64,000 bases of DNA, from positions 3,566 to 67,565 of the forward strand of contig JBIIPK010000006.1 in NCBI GenBank assembly GCA_044342685.1. The letters run 5' to 3'. Positions 1 to 9,334 of the stretch are shown piece by piece. The first letter of the stretch is position 1, and the number at the start of each line of letters is the position of its first letter. A model generated the notes under the pieces. That model did not search any database. It saw only the letters and a program-made list of their open reading frames with translations, and was not told the origin of the DNA. Position numbers and translations under genes: made by a program. The stretch comes from Rhodoluna sp. GTDB lineage: Bacteria > Actinomycetota > Actinomycetes > Actinomycetales > Microbacteriaceae.

Positions 1-393
1 ATTAGTTGATTGGCCAGGTGTATTCGTTGCAACAGCTGCTTCAACATACTTTGGGATTAAGTCCCATGACTTCTGAGGAATCAAGATGCCATAAATTAAT
101 GTGTTGGCAGCAGAAGCATTACCATTATCTGAAGCCTTGGTCAGCCATTGAGTTGCTTGTGCAAGATCCAAGTCATTGTGCAGATAATGCGTTCCCAAAC
201 TCTCCATGGCAGCCACGTGACCTTGCTCGGCGGCTCGAACCAGCCAGTTAAGCCCAAGATCCACCGCATTCGGCGCATAAAGCCTAAGAAAAGAAGAGCC
301 AAGATCGAACATGTTTTCAGCGGATTGCTCCATATTTGCCGCTCGCTCTTGAAGTGTGGCTATTTCTTCTTCAACCCAGTCAGTGCTCACCAT
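1..393 (-). CDS. Sel1/TPR-like repeat protein, first 131 codons (gene runs off the left window edge)
   Basis: Absent from the ORF track because it is open-ended. My translation of the minus strand from ATG (complement of 391-393) gives MVSTDWVEEEIATLQERAANMEQ...WLVRAAEQGHVAAMESLGTHYL...WLTKASDNGNASAANTLIYG and stays open to base 1. The repeated W-L-x-x-A-A-x-x-G-x-x-x-A pattern is Sel1-like. The plus-strand ORFs at 6-562 are shadows of this gene. Confidence 0.5.
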   Translation of the reverse strand, partial: MVSTDWVEEEIATLQERAANMEQSAENMFDLGSSFLRLYAPNAVDLGLNWLVRAAEQGHVAAMESLGTHYLHNDLDLAQATQWLTKASDNGNASAANTLIYGILIPQKSWDLIPKYVEAAVATNTPGQSTN

Positions 394-592
394 GACCCCT
401 AACATTAAATCGTGTTCTTTTCAGCGGATGAAGCAAACGTATCATTCGCAAATTACTTTAGCAACGAATAGATTAGTGATAGACGCAAACTTAGACTTCT
501 TAGGCACACTCATTGGGAGCTATGTGCCCGACTTTGATGTCTACTTCTCAGAAAGCCAATAAAAGATTGGGCTTTATGCATTAAATGAAAAG

Positions 593-665
593 TGCGCTTG
601 GAGGGACTCGAACCCCCAACCTTCTGATCCGTAGTCAGATGCTCTATCCGTTGAGCTACAAACGC
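593..665 (-). tRNA. tRNA-Arg (anticodon ACG)
   Basis: The complement folds as GCGTTTG-TA-GCTC-AACGGATA-GAGC-A-TCTGA-CTACGGA-TCAGA-AGGTT-GGGGG-TTCGAGT-CCCTC-CAAGCGC-A. This is a full cloverleaf of 73 nt. Confidence 0.9.
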
Positions 666-765
666 TTGGGTGCCATAGGCAACTTAGTTAGTTTAGCCCA
701 ATAACTGCTTAGGCTCAATGACTATATATAAGGAGGATGTTTTTCAGCTAAACTGGTGGAGTTCT

Positions 766-860
766 GGAGACGTCGCATAGCCCGGTCGAGTGCGCCTCAC
801 TGCTAATGAGGTAAGGGTCTTAAAAGCCCTTCGGAGGTTCAAATCCTCTCGTCTCCGCCA
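766..860 (+). tRNA. tRNA-Ser (anticodon GCT), long variable arm, CCA encoded
   Basis: GGAGACG acceptor, anticodon stem-loop CCTCA-CTGCTAA-TGAGG, long extra arm, T arm GGAGG-TTCAAAT-CCTCT, then CGTCTCC-G-CCA. Confidence 0.9.
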
Positions 861-866
861 GAATAG

Positions 867-893
867 AAAAGCCCCAGATTACTGGGGCTTTTT
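867..893. terminator. Bidirectional rho-independent terminator
   Basis: AAAA-GCCCCAG-atta-CTGGGGC-TTTTT lies between tRNA-Ser (+) and the convergent ABM gene (-). Confidence 0.6.
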
Positions 894-906
894 CATTACT
901 AAGTCT

Positions 907-1218
907 TTAGCTTCTGTCAGCAGGGCTGAGCACTGAAGTGTAGAAGTTTAACTTTGTAGGAGCAACGATTATTTGAGGTTCTAGCTCTTGAATCTTTGCT
1001 ACATGCTCTGTGTTCATGTGGTCATTCCAAGCATCTCTGCTTTCCCACTTTTCAAACATGTGCCAAACAGCTGGGTTCTCTGGATCTACAACTAGGTCAT
1101 ATAGAAGGCAGCCTGGCTCAGATAGCGATGCTCTCATCAGTTCAGCGTAAGCAGCTTCTACTTCTTCTCTTTTGGAAAGATCTGGGTAGATATCAGCCTT
1201 GAGATATAGGTAAGTCAT
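907..1218 (-). CDS. Antibiotic-biosynthesis-monooxygenase (ABM) domain protein / putative quinol monooxygenase
   Basis: 103 aa with a ferredoxin-like ABM pattern (LxxEPGCLxYDL...W...E.W.S..A...H....H). It is the last gene of the sugar ABC operon. Confidence 0.65.
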   Translation of the reverse strand: MTYLYLKADIYPDLSKREEVEAAYAELMRASLSEPGCLLYDLVVDPENPAVWHMFEKWESRDAWNDHMNTEHVAKIQELEPQIIVAPTKLNFYTSVLSPADRS

Positions 1219-1224
1219 TCTTCT

Positions 1225-1989
1225 TTATTTCTCTTCGGTTGCGTAGCTACCGGTAATTGTTCCGATTAGTGAGTCAGCAGTGAATTCACTTGTTGGTGCA
1301 TCACGAACTATCTGACCAAGTCTTAGAACAACAATTCTGTCTGTTACTGCAAGAACGTGAGGAAGTGTGTGAGAAATGAAGATAACTCCAAGACCCTTAG
1401 CTTTAGCTCTCTTAATTACTTCTAGAACTTCAGCAGACTGTCTTGCCCCTAGGTGGTTGGTTGGCTCATCAAGGATAAGAACTTTTCTAGCCCAAGATAC
1501 TGCTCGACCAATTGCAACAGCCTGACGCTGTCCACCAGATAGTTGTGAGACAGGTCTGTTAGAAGATGGGAATGCAATTCCCACTGCTTCTAGATCTGCT
1601 TGAGCTTCTTCTTCCATTTGCTTCTTAGCTAAGAAGCCAAGCTTTCCAAAGATTCCCTTAACAAACTTTTCTCTTCCAAGAAATACGTTCTGGCTAACAG
1701 TTAGGTGTTGAGCAAGACCTGAGTCCTGGTACAAAGTTTCAATACCTGCCTCTAGTGCTTCACGTGGGTTAGACCAAACTACTGGTTCTCCTTCTAGAAG
1801 AATTTCTCCACCATCAGGTGAGTGAGCTCCAGATAGAACCTTTACAAGTGTTGACTTACCGGCACCGTTGTCACCAACTAGTCCAATAACTTCACCTGCG
1901 TGTAGCTTCAAACTTGCACCATCAAGAGCAACAACTGCTCCGTAGTTCTTAGATGCGTTTCTTACTTCGTAAATAACTTTCTTAGCCAT
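1225..1989 (-). CDS. Sugar (ribose/fructose-type, CUT2-like) ABC transporter ATP-binding protein, single NBD
   Basis: Walker A GDNGAGKST, ABC signature LSGGQRQ, Walker B VLILDEPT, H-loop ISHTL. Confidence 0.9.
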   Translation of the reverse strand: MAKKVIYEVRNASKNYGAVVALDGASLKLHAGEVIGLVGDNGAGKSTLVKVLSGAHSPDGGEILLEGEPVVWSNPREALEAGIETLYQDSGLAQHLTVSQNVFLGREKFVKGIFGKLGFLAKKQMEEEAQADLEAVGIAFPSSNRPVSQLSGGQRQAVAIGRAVSWARKVLILDEPTNHLGARQSAEVLEVIKRAKAKGLGVIFISHTLPHVLAVTDRIVVLRLGQIVRDAPTSEFTADSLIGTITGSYATEEK

Positions 1990-1992
1990 GAT

Positions 1993-3039
1993 CTACTTCC
2001 TCGCTGGCTTCTGTAATGCCTGGACAGCAACTGCAGCAACGATTAGCAATGCAACAATTACCTGCTTCAGTGATGGGCTAACGGTGATTACCTTAACCAT
2101 TAGCAAACCTGATTGAACTGTGAAAAGAACTAGTGTTCCTAGAGCGATTCCGATTATGCGACCAACACCACCCATAAGTGATACACCACCGATAACTACT
2201 GCAGCAATTGCATATAGTTCCATACCGGTTCCGTTAGATGGAGAACCAGCTCCTAGTCGGATGTATGCGTAAGCACCAGCAAGACCTGCTAGACCACCAG
2301 AGAGCATGTATACCTTGGTGATTTGTCTAGCTGGTGAGATACCAGCAGCGCGGGTGGCGAAGGCGTTTGAACCTAGAGCAAAAGTGTGAAGACCGAACTT
2401 GGTCTTGTGAAGAACTAGACCGCAGATGACAGTGATGATCATCACTGCAAGAACGCTAGTTGAGAAAGGTAATTGAATACCAAAGAAGTTGAATGGAAGA
2501 CCTAAGTCCCAGTTGTTAGGTCCTTGCAGTGGCATACCGCCAGAGATGATGATTGCAAGACCTGTCATTGCTCCCATGGTTGCAAGAGTTGCAATGAATG
2601 GAACAATCTTTAGAACGTTTATGAGGAAGGCGTTTATTGCACCTACCGTTAGTCCAACTAGCAGTGCTACAAGAACTGCTAGAAGTACATAAGGAGTTGC
2701 AGCGCTGCCGCTGGTTGAAGCGTCAAGGCCTAAGCCTTTAACTAGCACCCAGCCGGCAACGACTGAACTCAAGCTCACAGTTGCACCAACCGAAAGGTCA
2801 ATACCACCTGTGATTACAACAAAGGTTTGAGCAACAGCAAGCAAGATATAAGAACCCCAGTCATTTAAGACTGTGCCTAAGGTGCCGGTTGACAGAAAGA
2901 TACCTTGAGAGGTGATCTGAAATACAACACCTAAGACCACGAGGGTCACTACTAATAGAGTGCTCTGATTACTGAATGAGGCTTTCACCTGATCCAGGAA
3001 GCTTTGCTTCTCTACGTTTACTTGCTTGCTGTTGCTCAA
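1993..3039 (-). CDS. Sugar ABC transporter permease (RbsC/FrcC-like)
   Basis: 348 aa, about 9-10 hydrophobic spans, glycine-rich ribose-type permease pattern. Only a 3-nt gap to the ATPase gene. Confidence 0.9.
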   Translation of the reverse strand: MSNSKQVNVEKQSFLDQVKASFSNQSTLLVVTLVVLGVVFQITSQGIFLSTGTLGTVLNDWGSYILLAVAQTFVVITGGIDLSVGATVSLSSVVAGWVLVKGLGLDASTSGSAATPYVLLAVLVALLVGLTVGAINAFLINVLKIVPFIATLATMGAMTGLAIIISGGMPLQGPNNWDLGLPFNFFGIQLPFSTSVLAVMIITVICGLVLHKTKFGLHTFALGSNAFATRAAGISPARQITKVYMLSGGLAGLAGAYAYIRLGAGSPSNGTGMELYAIAAVVIGGVSLMGGVGRIIGIALGTLVLFTVQSGLLMVKVITVSPSLKQVIVALLIVAAVAVQALQKPARK

Positions 3040-3080
3040 TTTGTGTGTCCTTTAGTTATCGAGGAGATGAATTCGCTTTA

Positions 3081-4061
3081 TTACTTAGCTACGTAAGTGT
3101 ATTTAGCGAAGTCTTCGTCTGATGTGTTTGCATCCAGAGTTACGTTAGGAATAACAACATCCTTCTGAGATGGAGTTGTTCCGTTCTTGATGTATTCAAC
3201 CAGAGTCTTGATTGCTAGACGTGCTTCTGCAGCTGGGTCCTGAGCGATAAGTGCGGTGAATACACCAGACTTGATCAGTTCAACGTTTGCAGGGTATGCG
3301 TCGTAACCAACTAGAGCAATCTTGCCAGTTAGGCCCTTAGCCTGAAGTGCAGCAGCTGCACCTGAAGCGTTAGTTCCATCGATAGCGAAGATACCAGCTA
3401 GGTTAGGGTACTTTGTCAACCAGTTGTTTACGTTGCTGTTAGCTGTCTGTGGGTTAGCAGCTGAGTAAGCAACGTCAACGATCTTGATGCCTGGGTAGGT
3501 TGAAGCTACGCGCTCTTCGAAACCAACCTGGCGACCAACGTTAGTGGTTGCAGTAGCTGATGTTAGACCAATAACAACTTCGTAGGTCTTGCCATCTTCG
3601 TAACCAATTGCAGCAGCAATTGCGTCAGCAGCCTTTGCTCCACCGTCACCGTTGTCACCAGTGATGGTGATAACTGCGTTGGTTGTGTCGTTGATTGTTG
3701 TGTCAACTAGAGCAAGTGCGATACCTGCAGCTACAGCCTTGTCAGCTGATGCCTGTAGACCAGTTGGGTCTGTTGGGATAAGAACTAGACCGTCAGGAGA
3801 CTGAGCTAGTACGTTGTCTACGATTGGAACCTGAGTTGCCACGTCGTAAGCTGATGGGTCTCCCTGCCATACAAGGTCAACACCCTGAGCCAAAGCTTCA
3901 GCTTCTGCTCCGACCTTCATTGCCTGGAAGAATGGATCTGATTCTGCACCCATTACGAATGCGATTGTTAGCTTCTTTTCAGGAGCACAACCTGTGATGC
4001 CGAGGGTTAGAGCAGCAGCTGTTAGAGCAGCGAACCCAACCTTCAAAATGCGCTTGTTCAT
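3081..4061 (-). CDS. Sugar ABC transporter substrate-binding lipoprotein (type I PBP, RbsB-like)
   Basis: Lipobox LGITG|C follows the MNKRILKVGFAALTAAAL leader. GGAG lies 5 nt upstream of the ATG at 4061. The TTG start at 4106 in the track is probably an over-extension. Confidence 0.85.
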   Translation of the reverse strand: MNKRILKVGFAALTAAALTLGITGCAPEKKLTIAFVMGAESDPFFQAMKVGAEAEALAQGVDLVWQGDPSAYDVATQVPIVDNVLAQSPDGLVLIPTDPTGLQASADKAVAAGIALALVDTTINDTTNAVITITGDNGDGGAKAADAIAAAIGYEDGKTYEVVIGLTSATATTNVGRQVGFEERVASTYPGIKIVDVAYSAANPQTANSNVNNWLTKYPNLAGIFAIDGTNASGAAAALQAKGLTGKIALVGYDAYPANVELIKSGVFTALIAQDPAAEARLAIKTLVEYIKNGTTPSQKDVVIPNVTLDANTSDEDFAKYTYVAK

Positions 4062-4088
4062 AATTTCTCCTTGTAATTTGCGAGAAAT

Positions 4089-4178
4089 GCGAGATGGTTC
4101 TCGCAATCCGTGCTATAATCATCGCAGTAAGTGAAATTGAATGACAACTTATTTAGGTAACAGTTTGGTGACAAACTG
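4089..4178. promoter_or_regulatory. Divergent control region with two inverted repeats (candidate LacI-family operators) and a TGcTATAAT extended -10
   Basis: GCGAGA-tggt-TCTCGC at 4089-4104, TATAAT at 4114-4119 (plus strand, towards lacI) and CAGTTTG-gtga-CAAACTG at 4161-4178. Confidence 0.3.
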
Positions 4179-4206
4179 AAAAGACCCGGATTAGTAAGGT
4201 GAGCAC

Positions 4207-5262
4207 ATGGCTGGACAGAAGAACACGACCATCAATGATGTCGCTGCCGCCGCTGGAGTATCCAGGGCTACAGTTTCCAGAGCACTAGCTGGCTATGGTC
4301 GCATCAGTAAAGACACAGTAGATCACGTTAGAGCCGTTGCCGACAGCCTTGGCTACCGCCCTAACGCCCTAGCGATTGCAATGCGTGCTGGAAAAACCAA
4401 AACCATCGGACTTGTTGTTATCTCTGACTTCACTAATGCTTTCTTCGATAGAGCCACTAAGTCAATTATTGATAGGGCTAAAGAGCTTGGCTTTCGAGTT
4501 TTGATCCAACACAGCGATGAAGATGTTGCCGTTGAAAGAGTTGCAGTTGAAACAATGCTTTCTAATCAGGTAGATGGAATCATTCTGGTTCCTGCATCAA
4601 AGACGAAGCACTCCCATCTAGCACCAAAGAAGATTGGTGGCAAGCCGGTAGTCATCATTGACAGAAGATTAGACATCCCACGCTTCACAACAGTTACTAC
4701 CGGTGATGAGGTAGCAGCTGAAGAAGCAGTTATGTATGCATCTGAAAATGGTCACAAGAAACTTGGTTTCCTAATCGCCGTTCCTGGAACAACAGGATTC
4801 ACGCTTGATCAACCAGACATCCCAATTACTTCTGTTCAAGAACGTGTTGATGGTTTTGCTAAAGGTGTGAAGAAAGCTAAAGCATCGGGCCTTTGGATTT
4901 ATAGCGAAGACAAGCAAGGAATTGCAGAAGCAGCTGTTGAAACACTTCTTGACTCCCCTAAAGCACCAACCATCATCTTCACATCAAACAACGACATGCT
5001 CTTGGCTGTGTTAAAGGTTGCTGGTGAAAGAGGACTAACTATAGGTAAAGATCTTTCTGTAGTTAGCTTTGACGATAGCCCCTGGGCTGCGGCAATGGTG
5101 CCAGGGATCACAGTTATTGCCCGACCAGTTGAAGAACTAGGTCACATAGCTGTAACAGAACTAGTTGAAGCCATTGAAGGTAACACCAAACCTAAAGAGA
5201 TTGTCCTGCCAGCCAACCTAATCAAACGTGGCTCGGTAGCCAACATTCTGAACTCAAAATAG
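4207..5262 (+). CDS. LacI-family transcriptional regulator
   Basis: N-terminal HTH TINDVAAAAGVSRATVSRAL plus a sugar-binding effector domain. Divergent from the sugar ABC operon. Confidence 0.9.
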   Translation: MAGQKNTTINDVAAAAGVSRATVSRALAGYGRISKDTVDHVRAVADSLGYRPNALAIAMRAGKTKTIGLVVISDFTNAFFDRATKSIIDRAKELGFRVLIQHSDEDVAVERVAVETMLSNQVDGIILVPASKTKHSHLAPKKIGGKPVVIIDRRLDIPRFTTVTTGDEVAAEEAVMYASENGHKKLGFLIAVPGTTGFTLDQPDIPITSVQERVDGFAKGVKKAKASGLWIYSEDKQGIAEAAVETLLDSPKAPTIIFTSNNDMLLAVLKVAGERGLTIGKDLSVVSFDDSPWAAAMVPGITVIARPVEELGHIAVTELVEAIEGNTKPKEIVLPANLIKRGSVANILNSK

Positions 5263-5294
5263 ACTGATATCTCTCCGCTAACAAAGGACGAGAT

Positions 5295-7598
5295 ATGAGA
5301 ATCAGTTTGAGAAAGCCAGTGCTTTCAACGCTTCTCGTCTTTGCTTTAGCACTCATCCCAACACAAACTGCCAGTGCTGCTCAACCTGTATCAGGTATCA
5401 GCACAACTATGTATAACGAAGGCACAGATTCAGCTGCTGTCTTTTATAACCCTGTGGTTGTATCTAACGTAGATCTAACAATGCCTCAAGCCACCATTGA
5501 TGCTCTCAATGCGGATACGAATGCAAGTACCTATAGAACAGCTGATGTGAAGATCACAACTGCTGATGGTGTTATTACTACCCTCACCAACATTGGTGTT
5601 CGACTAAAGGGTCAAGCAACTAGAAGACCAATCAACAACTACGACAAAGCTCCTATGAAACTAAAGTTTGATGCCTTTGTTCCTAATCAAAAGTTTCTTG
5701 GGCTTACTCGCATGACTCTAAACAGCATGGTTCAAGATCCTTCATTTGTTAGAGAAGATACTTCTTACCGCATCTATAGAGCCATGGGATTAGTGGCTCC
5801 TAGAACTACCTACTCTTGGGTCACAGTTAACAATGCAGACTTTGGTCTCTATATGAATGTTGAATCCATTGATGGTCAGATGCTCAAGAGATGGCTCAAC
5901 CCTGTTCATGTTTATAGTTCTAACTGCTATTTAGCTGACATGACTTATAGCCAAAGCTGGTGCTACGACACTAACTACGGCGACAACGATAGAACTGATT
6001 TGAATGCAGCTATTGCTGTTTCGGAACTTAACGGTTCCACCTGGTGGACTGAAGTAAACAAAATTGCAGACATGACATCTGTCATCAACCTGATGGCAAC
6101 AGATATCTACACATCTAACTGGGATGGCTATACAGATGTTGTTCAAAACAACTACTACATCGTCTTTGATGACACTGGAAAACTGAAGATTATTCCTTGG
6201 GGTCAAGATGGAACCTTCCCTATGGAAGCTGATGCTCAACTTGATTGGCTAGGTAGAGGTCCTGCCTATAGAAACTTTGGTAATCAAGAACGAAGCGTGA
6301 TGCTTCGAAAGTGTGTTGCCTATGATCCTTGCAAGAAGCTACTAATAAAAGCTCAGGTTGCTGTTAAAGATAAAGTAGCTACCCTTGGTATCCCTGCTTT
6401 CAAAAACAAAGTAGCTTCTGTAATCAACAACGCATATGTCGCCAATGACTATAGGTCTAATCCGAATGTCAGTTCGGCAATCTTCTGGCAGAACTGGTTA
6501 GATCAATTCTTCCCACAACGCACTGCCTCTCTTACAGCTTTCCTAAACACACTTAACCCTGAAGCTCCTGAGGTAAGCGTTGCTGGAGGCAATACTGTAG
6601 GTAGTACCCTCACAGCAACAGTAGTTAACTGGGACTACACAGCAACTCTGAATTACCAATGGCTGAGAAACTCAGTAGCGATTCCTAATGCAACTGGAAC
6701 AACATACGTAACAACTTCAGCTGATGCTGGGGCTTTAGTGTCTTTGAAGATACTCGCCACTAAACCCTCAAAACCTTCTGCGACTATCTCGTCAGTTCCT
6801 TTACTGGTAACTAACCCTGCTCTTGCTGCAGCATCCCTAACTGGTGAAGCCAGGGTTGGAGTTCCCCTAGTTGGTGGTCCTTTAGCAGAACCATCGGCAA
6901 CTGTTGCTTATAGGTGGCTAGCTGATGGCAAAACAATTCCAGGAGCTATTGGCTCCACCTACACACCAACTCCTAGCGAATATCGGAAGTCAATAACACT
7001 TCAAACCACAGTTACTCAGCAAGGTTTCCCAGTTGCAGTAACAACCAGTTCTGCAAAGATCGTTCTGGGCGGAGTGATTCAAAAACCTGCAATCACCCTT
7101 AGCGGTACATCCAAGACTGGCAACCGTCTGACTATTAGGACTTCAGTTCCTGCTTCAACTACTGCTACATACCAATGGTTACGAAATGGCAAGGTAATCA
7201 CAGGAGCTACTAAATCTATTTACTCATTGCAATCAGCTGATTACAAAACATCTGTTTCAGCAAAGGTGACTCTCACTCGAGTTGGCTACAACACCACATC
7301 CAGTACTTCTACATCTGTAAAGGTTGGTCTTGGGGAACTTATCAAGACTCCTGATCCAAAGATTATTGGAACAGCAAGAGTGAATAACACCCTGACTGCA
7401 CAAGTTGGAACATGGGATAGCGGTGTGAAACTTACCTACCAATGGATTAGAGATGGTACCAAGATTTCCAAGGCAACTGGTAAGACATATCGCTTAACAG
7501 CTGCAGATAGAAAAGCGGACTTAGTGGTAACGGTTCAAGCAGTAAAAGTTGGTTTCTACTCAGTAACGATTGATTCCGCTCCCGTAGTAGTTCGTTAG
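5295..7598 (+). CDS. Secreted CotH-kinase-family protein with four C-terminal Ig-like repeats
   Basis: Signal peptide MRISLRKPVLSTLLVFALALIPTQTASA. CotH-like N-terminal block (IGVRLKGQATRR...KAPMKLKFD...LTRMTLNSM..DPSFVRE...YR) continuing to about aa 400. Four repeats of about 87 aa follow. Confidence 0.65.
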   Translation: MRISLRKPVLSTLLVFALALIPTQTASAAQPVSGISTTMYNEGTDSAAVFYNPVVVSNVDLTMPQATIDALNADTNASTYRTADVKITTADGVITTLTNIGVRLKGQATRRPINNYDKAPMKLKFDAFVPNQKFLGLTRMTLNSMVQDPSFVREDTSYRIYRAMGLVAPRTTYSWVTVNNADFGLYMNVESIDGQMLKRWLNPVHVYSSNCYLADMTYSQSWCYDTNYGDNDRTDLNAAIAVSELNGSTWWTEVNKIADMTSVINLMATDIYTSNWDGYTDVVQNNYYIVFDDTGKLKIIPWGQDGTFPMEADAQLDWLGRGPAYRNFGNQERSVMLRKCVAYDPCKKLLIKAQVAVKDKVATLGIPAFKNKVASVINNAYVANDYRSNPNVSSAIFWQNWLDQFFPQRTASLTAFLNTLNPEAPEVSVAGGNTVGSTLTATVVNWDYTATLNYQWLRNSVAIPNATGTTYVTTSADAGALVSLKILATKPSKPSATISSVPLLVTNPALAAASLTGEARVGVPLVGGPLAEPSATVAYRWLADGKTIPGAIGSTYTPTPSEYRKSITLQTTVTQQGFPVAVTTSSAKIVLGGVIQKPAITLSGTSKTGNRLTIRTSVPASTTATYQWLRNGKVITGATKSIYSLQSADYKTSVSAKVTLTRVGYNTTSSTSTSVKVGLGELIKTPDPKIIGTARVNNTLTAQVGTWDSGVKLTYQWIRDGTKISKATGKTYRLTAADRKADLVVTVQAVKVGFYSVTIDSAPVVVR
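6585..7598 (+). repeat. Four tandem coding repeats of about 255-267 bp (Y-[QR]-W-[LI]-x-[ND]-G-x-x-I-x-x-A-x-G-x-x-Y motif)
   Basis: The TA[CT]-[CA][AG][AG]-TGG (YQW/YRW) anchors lie at 6654, 6909, 7170 and 7437. Each is followed by ...ATG.TY....AD..K.....V. Confidence 0.6.
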
Positions 7599-7951
7599 AG
7601 TCCTTCTCGAACCTGGATGATGTTTCCATCTGGATCATTGCCATCAGCGTAAGTCCAGTTGTTGTGTTCCATGGTTTCACCCTTGATCTTTCCGCCAGTT
7701 CTTCCAGCAGCAAGTCTTGCCTTATCTATGCTTTGAACATCAAAGATAGGTTTGATTGGGTTGTCTTCACCAAGAGTTGGCTCTGAACGGTATTGCTCAG
7801 GTAGCAAGTGGATCAGAACTTCATTGCCTAGACCTTGAACAGTTGCAAACTCAGGTGAACGATACGGGGAGTTATCTTCGAAGAGAGCTGAATAGAAATT
7901 TACGGACTTCTCTAGATCTGAGACCCAAATTACAACAGTTGACATTAACAC
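7595..7951 (-). CDS. VOC/glyoxalase-family protein
   Basis: 118 aa with a glyoxalase/bleomycin-resistance-like pattern (VSDLEKSVNFY...DPDGN). Overlaps the CotH stop by 4 bp (convergent). Confidence 0.55.
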   Translation of the reverse strand: MLMSTVVIWVSDLEKSVNFYSALFEDNSPYRSPEFATVQGLGNEVLIHLLPEQYRSEPTLGEDNPIKPIFDVQSIDKARLAAGRTGGKIKGETMEHNNWTYADGNDPDGNIIQVREGL

Positions 7952-9300
7952 TCCACAACGTTCACAGCTAAACCTCCGAGTGAGGTTTCTTTATATTTGC
8001 TAGACATATCCAACCCTGTTTGTCGCATAGTTTCAATCACCGTATCCAGTGAGATCTTGTGATTTCCATCGCCTAGAAGAGACAAGCGAACAGCAGAAAC
8101 GGCAGTTCCTGAAGCAATGGCGTTTCTTTCAATACAAGGCATCTGAACAAAGCCACCAACAGGATCACAAGTGAGACCTAGGTTATGTTCCATAGCTATC
8201 TCAGCAGCATTCTCTATCTGCTCTGGAGTTCCACCTAGAACAGCAGCCAAACCTGCTGCTGCCATAGAACAAGCAGAACCGACTTCACCTTGACAGCCCG
8301 CCTCGGCTCCCGAGATAGATGCATTCCTCTTATACAAAGAACCAATAGCCGCAGCAGTCAAAAGGTAATCTCTAGCAATAAGTCTTGAGTCAACATCCTT
8401 AAACTTCATAGCCCAGTAGCCAACTGCAGGAATGATTCCCGCTGCTCCATTTGTAGGAGCAGTTACTACTCTCCTACCTGAAGCATTCTGTTCATTGACC
8501 GCAATTGCGTAGGCCTGTAACCACTCATTAGACACGTCTCTCTGATTCGAGGCTCTGTTGAGTTGCTCTGCCATATCTGCGGCTCTTCTATCAACAGCAA
8601 GATAGCCAGGTAGAACACCTTTAGTCTCAAGGCCCTCTTCAACACATAACTGCATGGCTGACCAGATTGCATCAAGTTTTGTAATTAGTTCTTGTTGACC
8701 ATGAATCGAAACTTCATTGGCAAAGGCAATCTGAGCAATAGACATGTTTTCTCTATTGCAAATCTCAAGAAGCTCAACACCACTAGTGAAAGGGTAAGGA
8801 ACTTCTCCTCTCTCAACTCTTTCAATGTTGTGATCTGCTTCAACAAAGCCACCGCCAACTGAGTAATAGGTCTGCTCAAGTAGAACATTTGAGTCTTGAT
8901 CTAATGCTTGGAACCTGAGACCGTTTGAATGCTTAGTCAGTCTAATTAATGGTTGGAAGCTGAAGTCTTTTTCTTCAAAGGTTATTTTGTGATTTAGAAG
9001 GGATATTGAAGAAGTTTCTATTGCAGTATCCCAAGCTGTTAGAACTACATCGGGATCACAAGTCTCCGGGGTGTCACCGTTTAGGCCTGCGACGATGGCA
9101 TTAGTTGTTCCGTGACCTGGTCCCGTTGCACCGAGCGATCCGAATAGTTTGACGCTAACTCTACTTGTCAGCGTGAGCTTGCCTTCAGCTTCTAAAGCTT
9201 CAGCAAAGAGCAACGCTGCTCTCATAGGTCCTACCGTATGTGAACTTGAAGGCCCAATTCCGATAGTGAATAAATCTAGCGCCGAGATGTAATCTGGCAT
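7945..9300 (-). CDS. sdaA: L-serine ammonia-lyase (iron-sulfur dependent, fused alpha/beta)
   Basis: N-terminus [25 protein letters not shown] and ...[14 protein letters not shown]... are typical of SdaA. 451 aa. Confidence 0.9.
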   Translation of the reverse strand: MPDYISALDLFTIGIGPSSSHTVGPMRAALLFAEALEAEGKLTLTSRVSVKLFGSLGATGPGHGTTNAIVAGLNGDTPETCDPDVVLTAWDTAIETSSISLLNHKITFEEKDFSFQPLIRLTKHSNGLRFQALDQDSNVLLEQTYYSVGGGFVEADHNIERVERGEVPYPFTSGVELLEICNRENMSIAQIAFANEVSIHGQQELITKLDAIWSAMQLCVEEGLETKGVLPGYLAVDRRAADMAEQLNRASNQRDVSNEWLQAYAIAVNEQNASGRRVVTAPTNGAAGIIPAVGYWAMKFKDVDSRLIARDYLLTAAAIGSLYKRNASISGAEAGCQGEVGSACSMAAAGLAAVLGGTPEQIENAAEIAMEHNLGLTCDPVGGFVQMPCIERNAIASGTAVSAVRLSLLGDGNHKISLDTVIETMRQTGLDMSSKYKETSLGGLAVNVVEC

Positions 9301-9334
9301 GGTTTAAGCCTAACCAGAAGCAGCAACTAAATAG

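Noticed and set aside
6-562. Three plus-strand ORFs (81, 84 and 68 aa) at the left edge of the window.
   Set aside because: They overlap, and are antisense to, a much more convincing open-ended minus-strand Sel1-like gene (1-393). They show no motifs and low-complexity, odd composition, so they are shadow ORFs.
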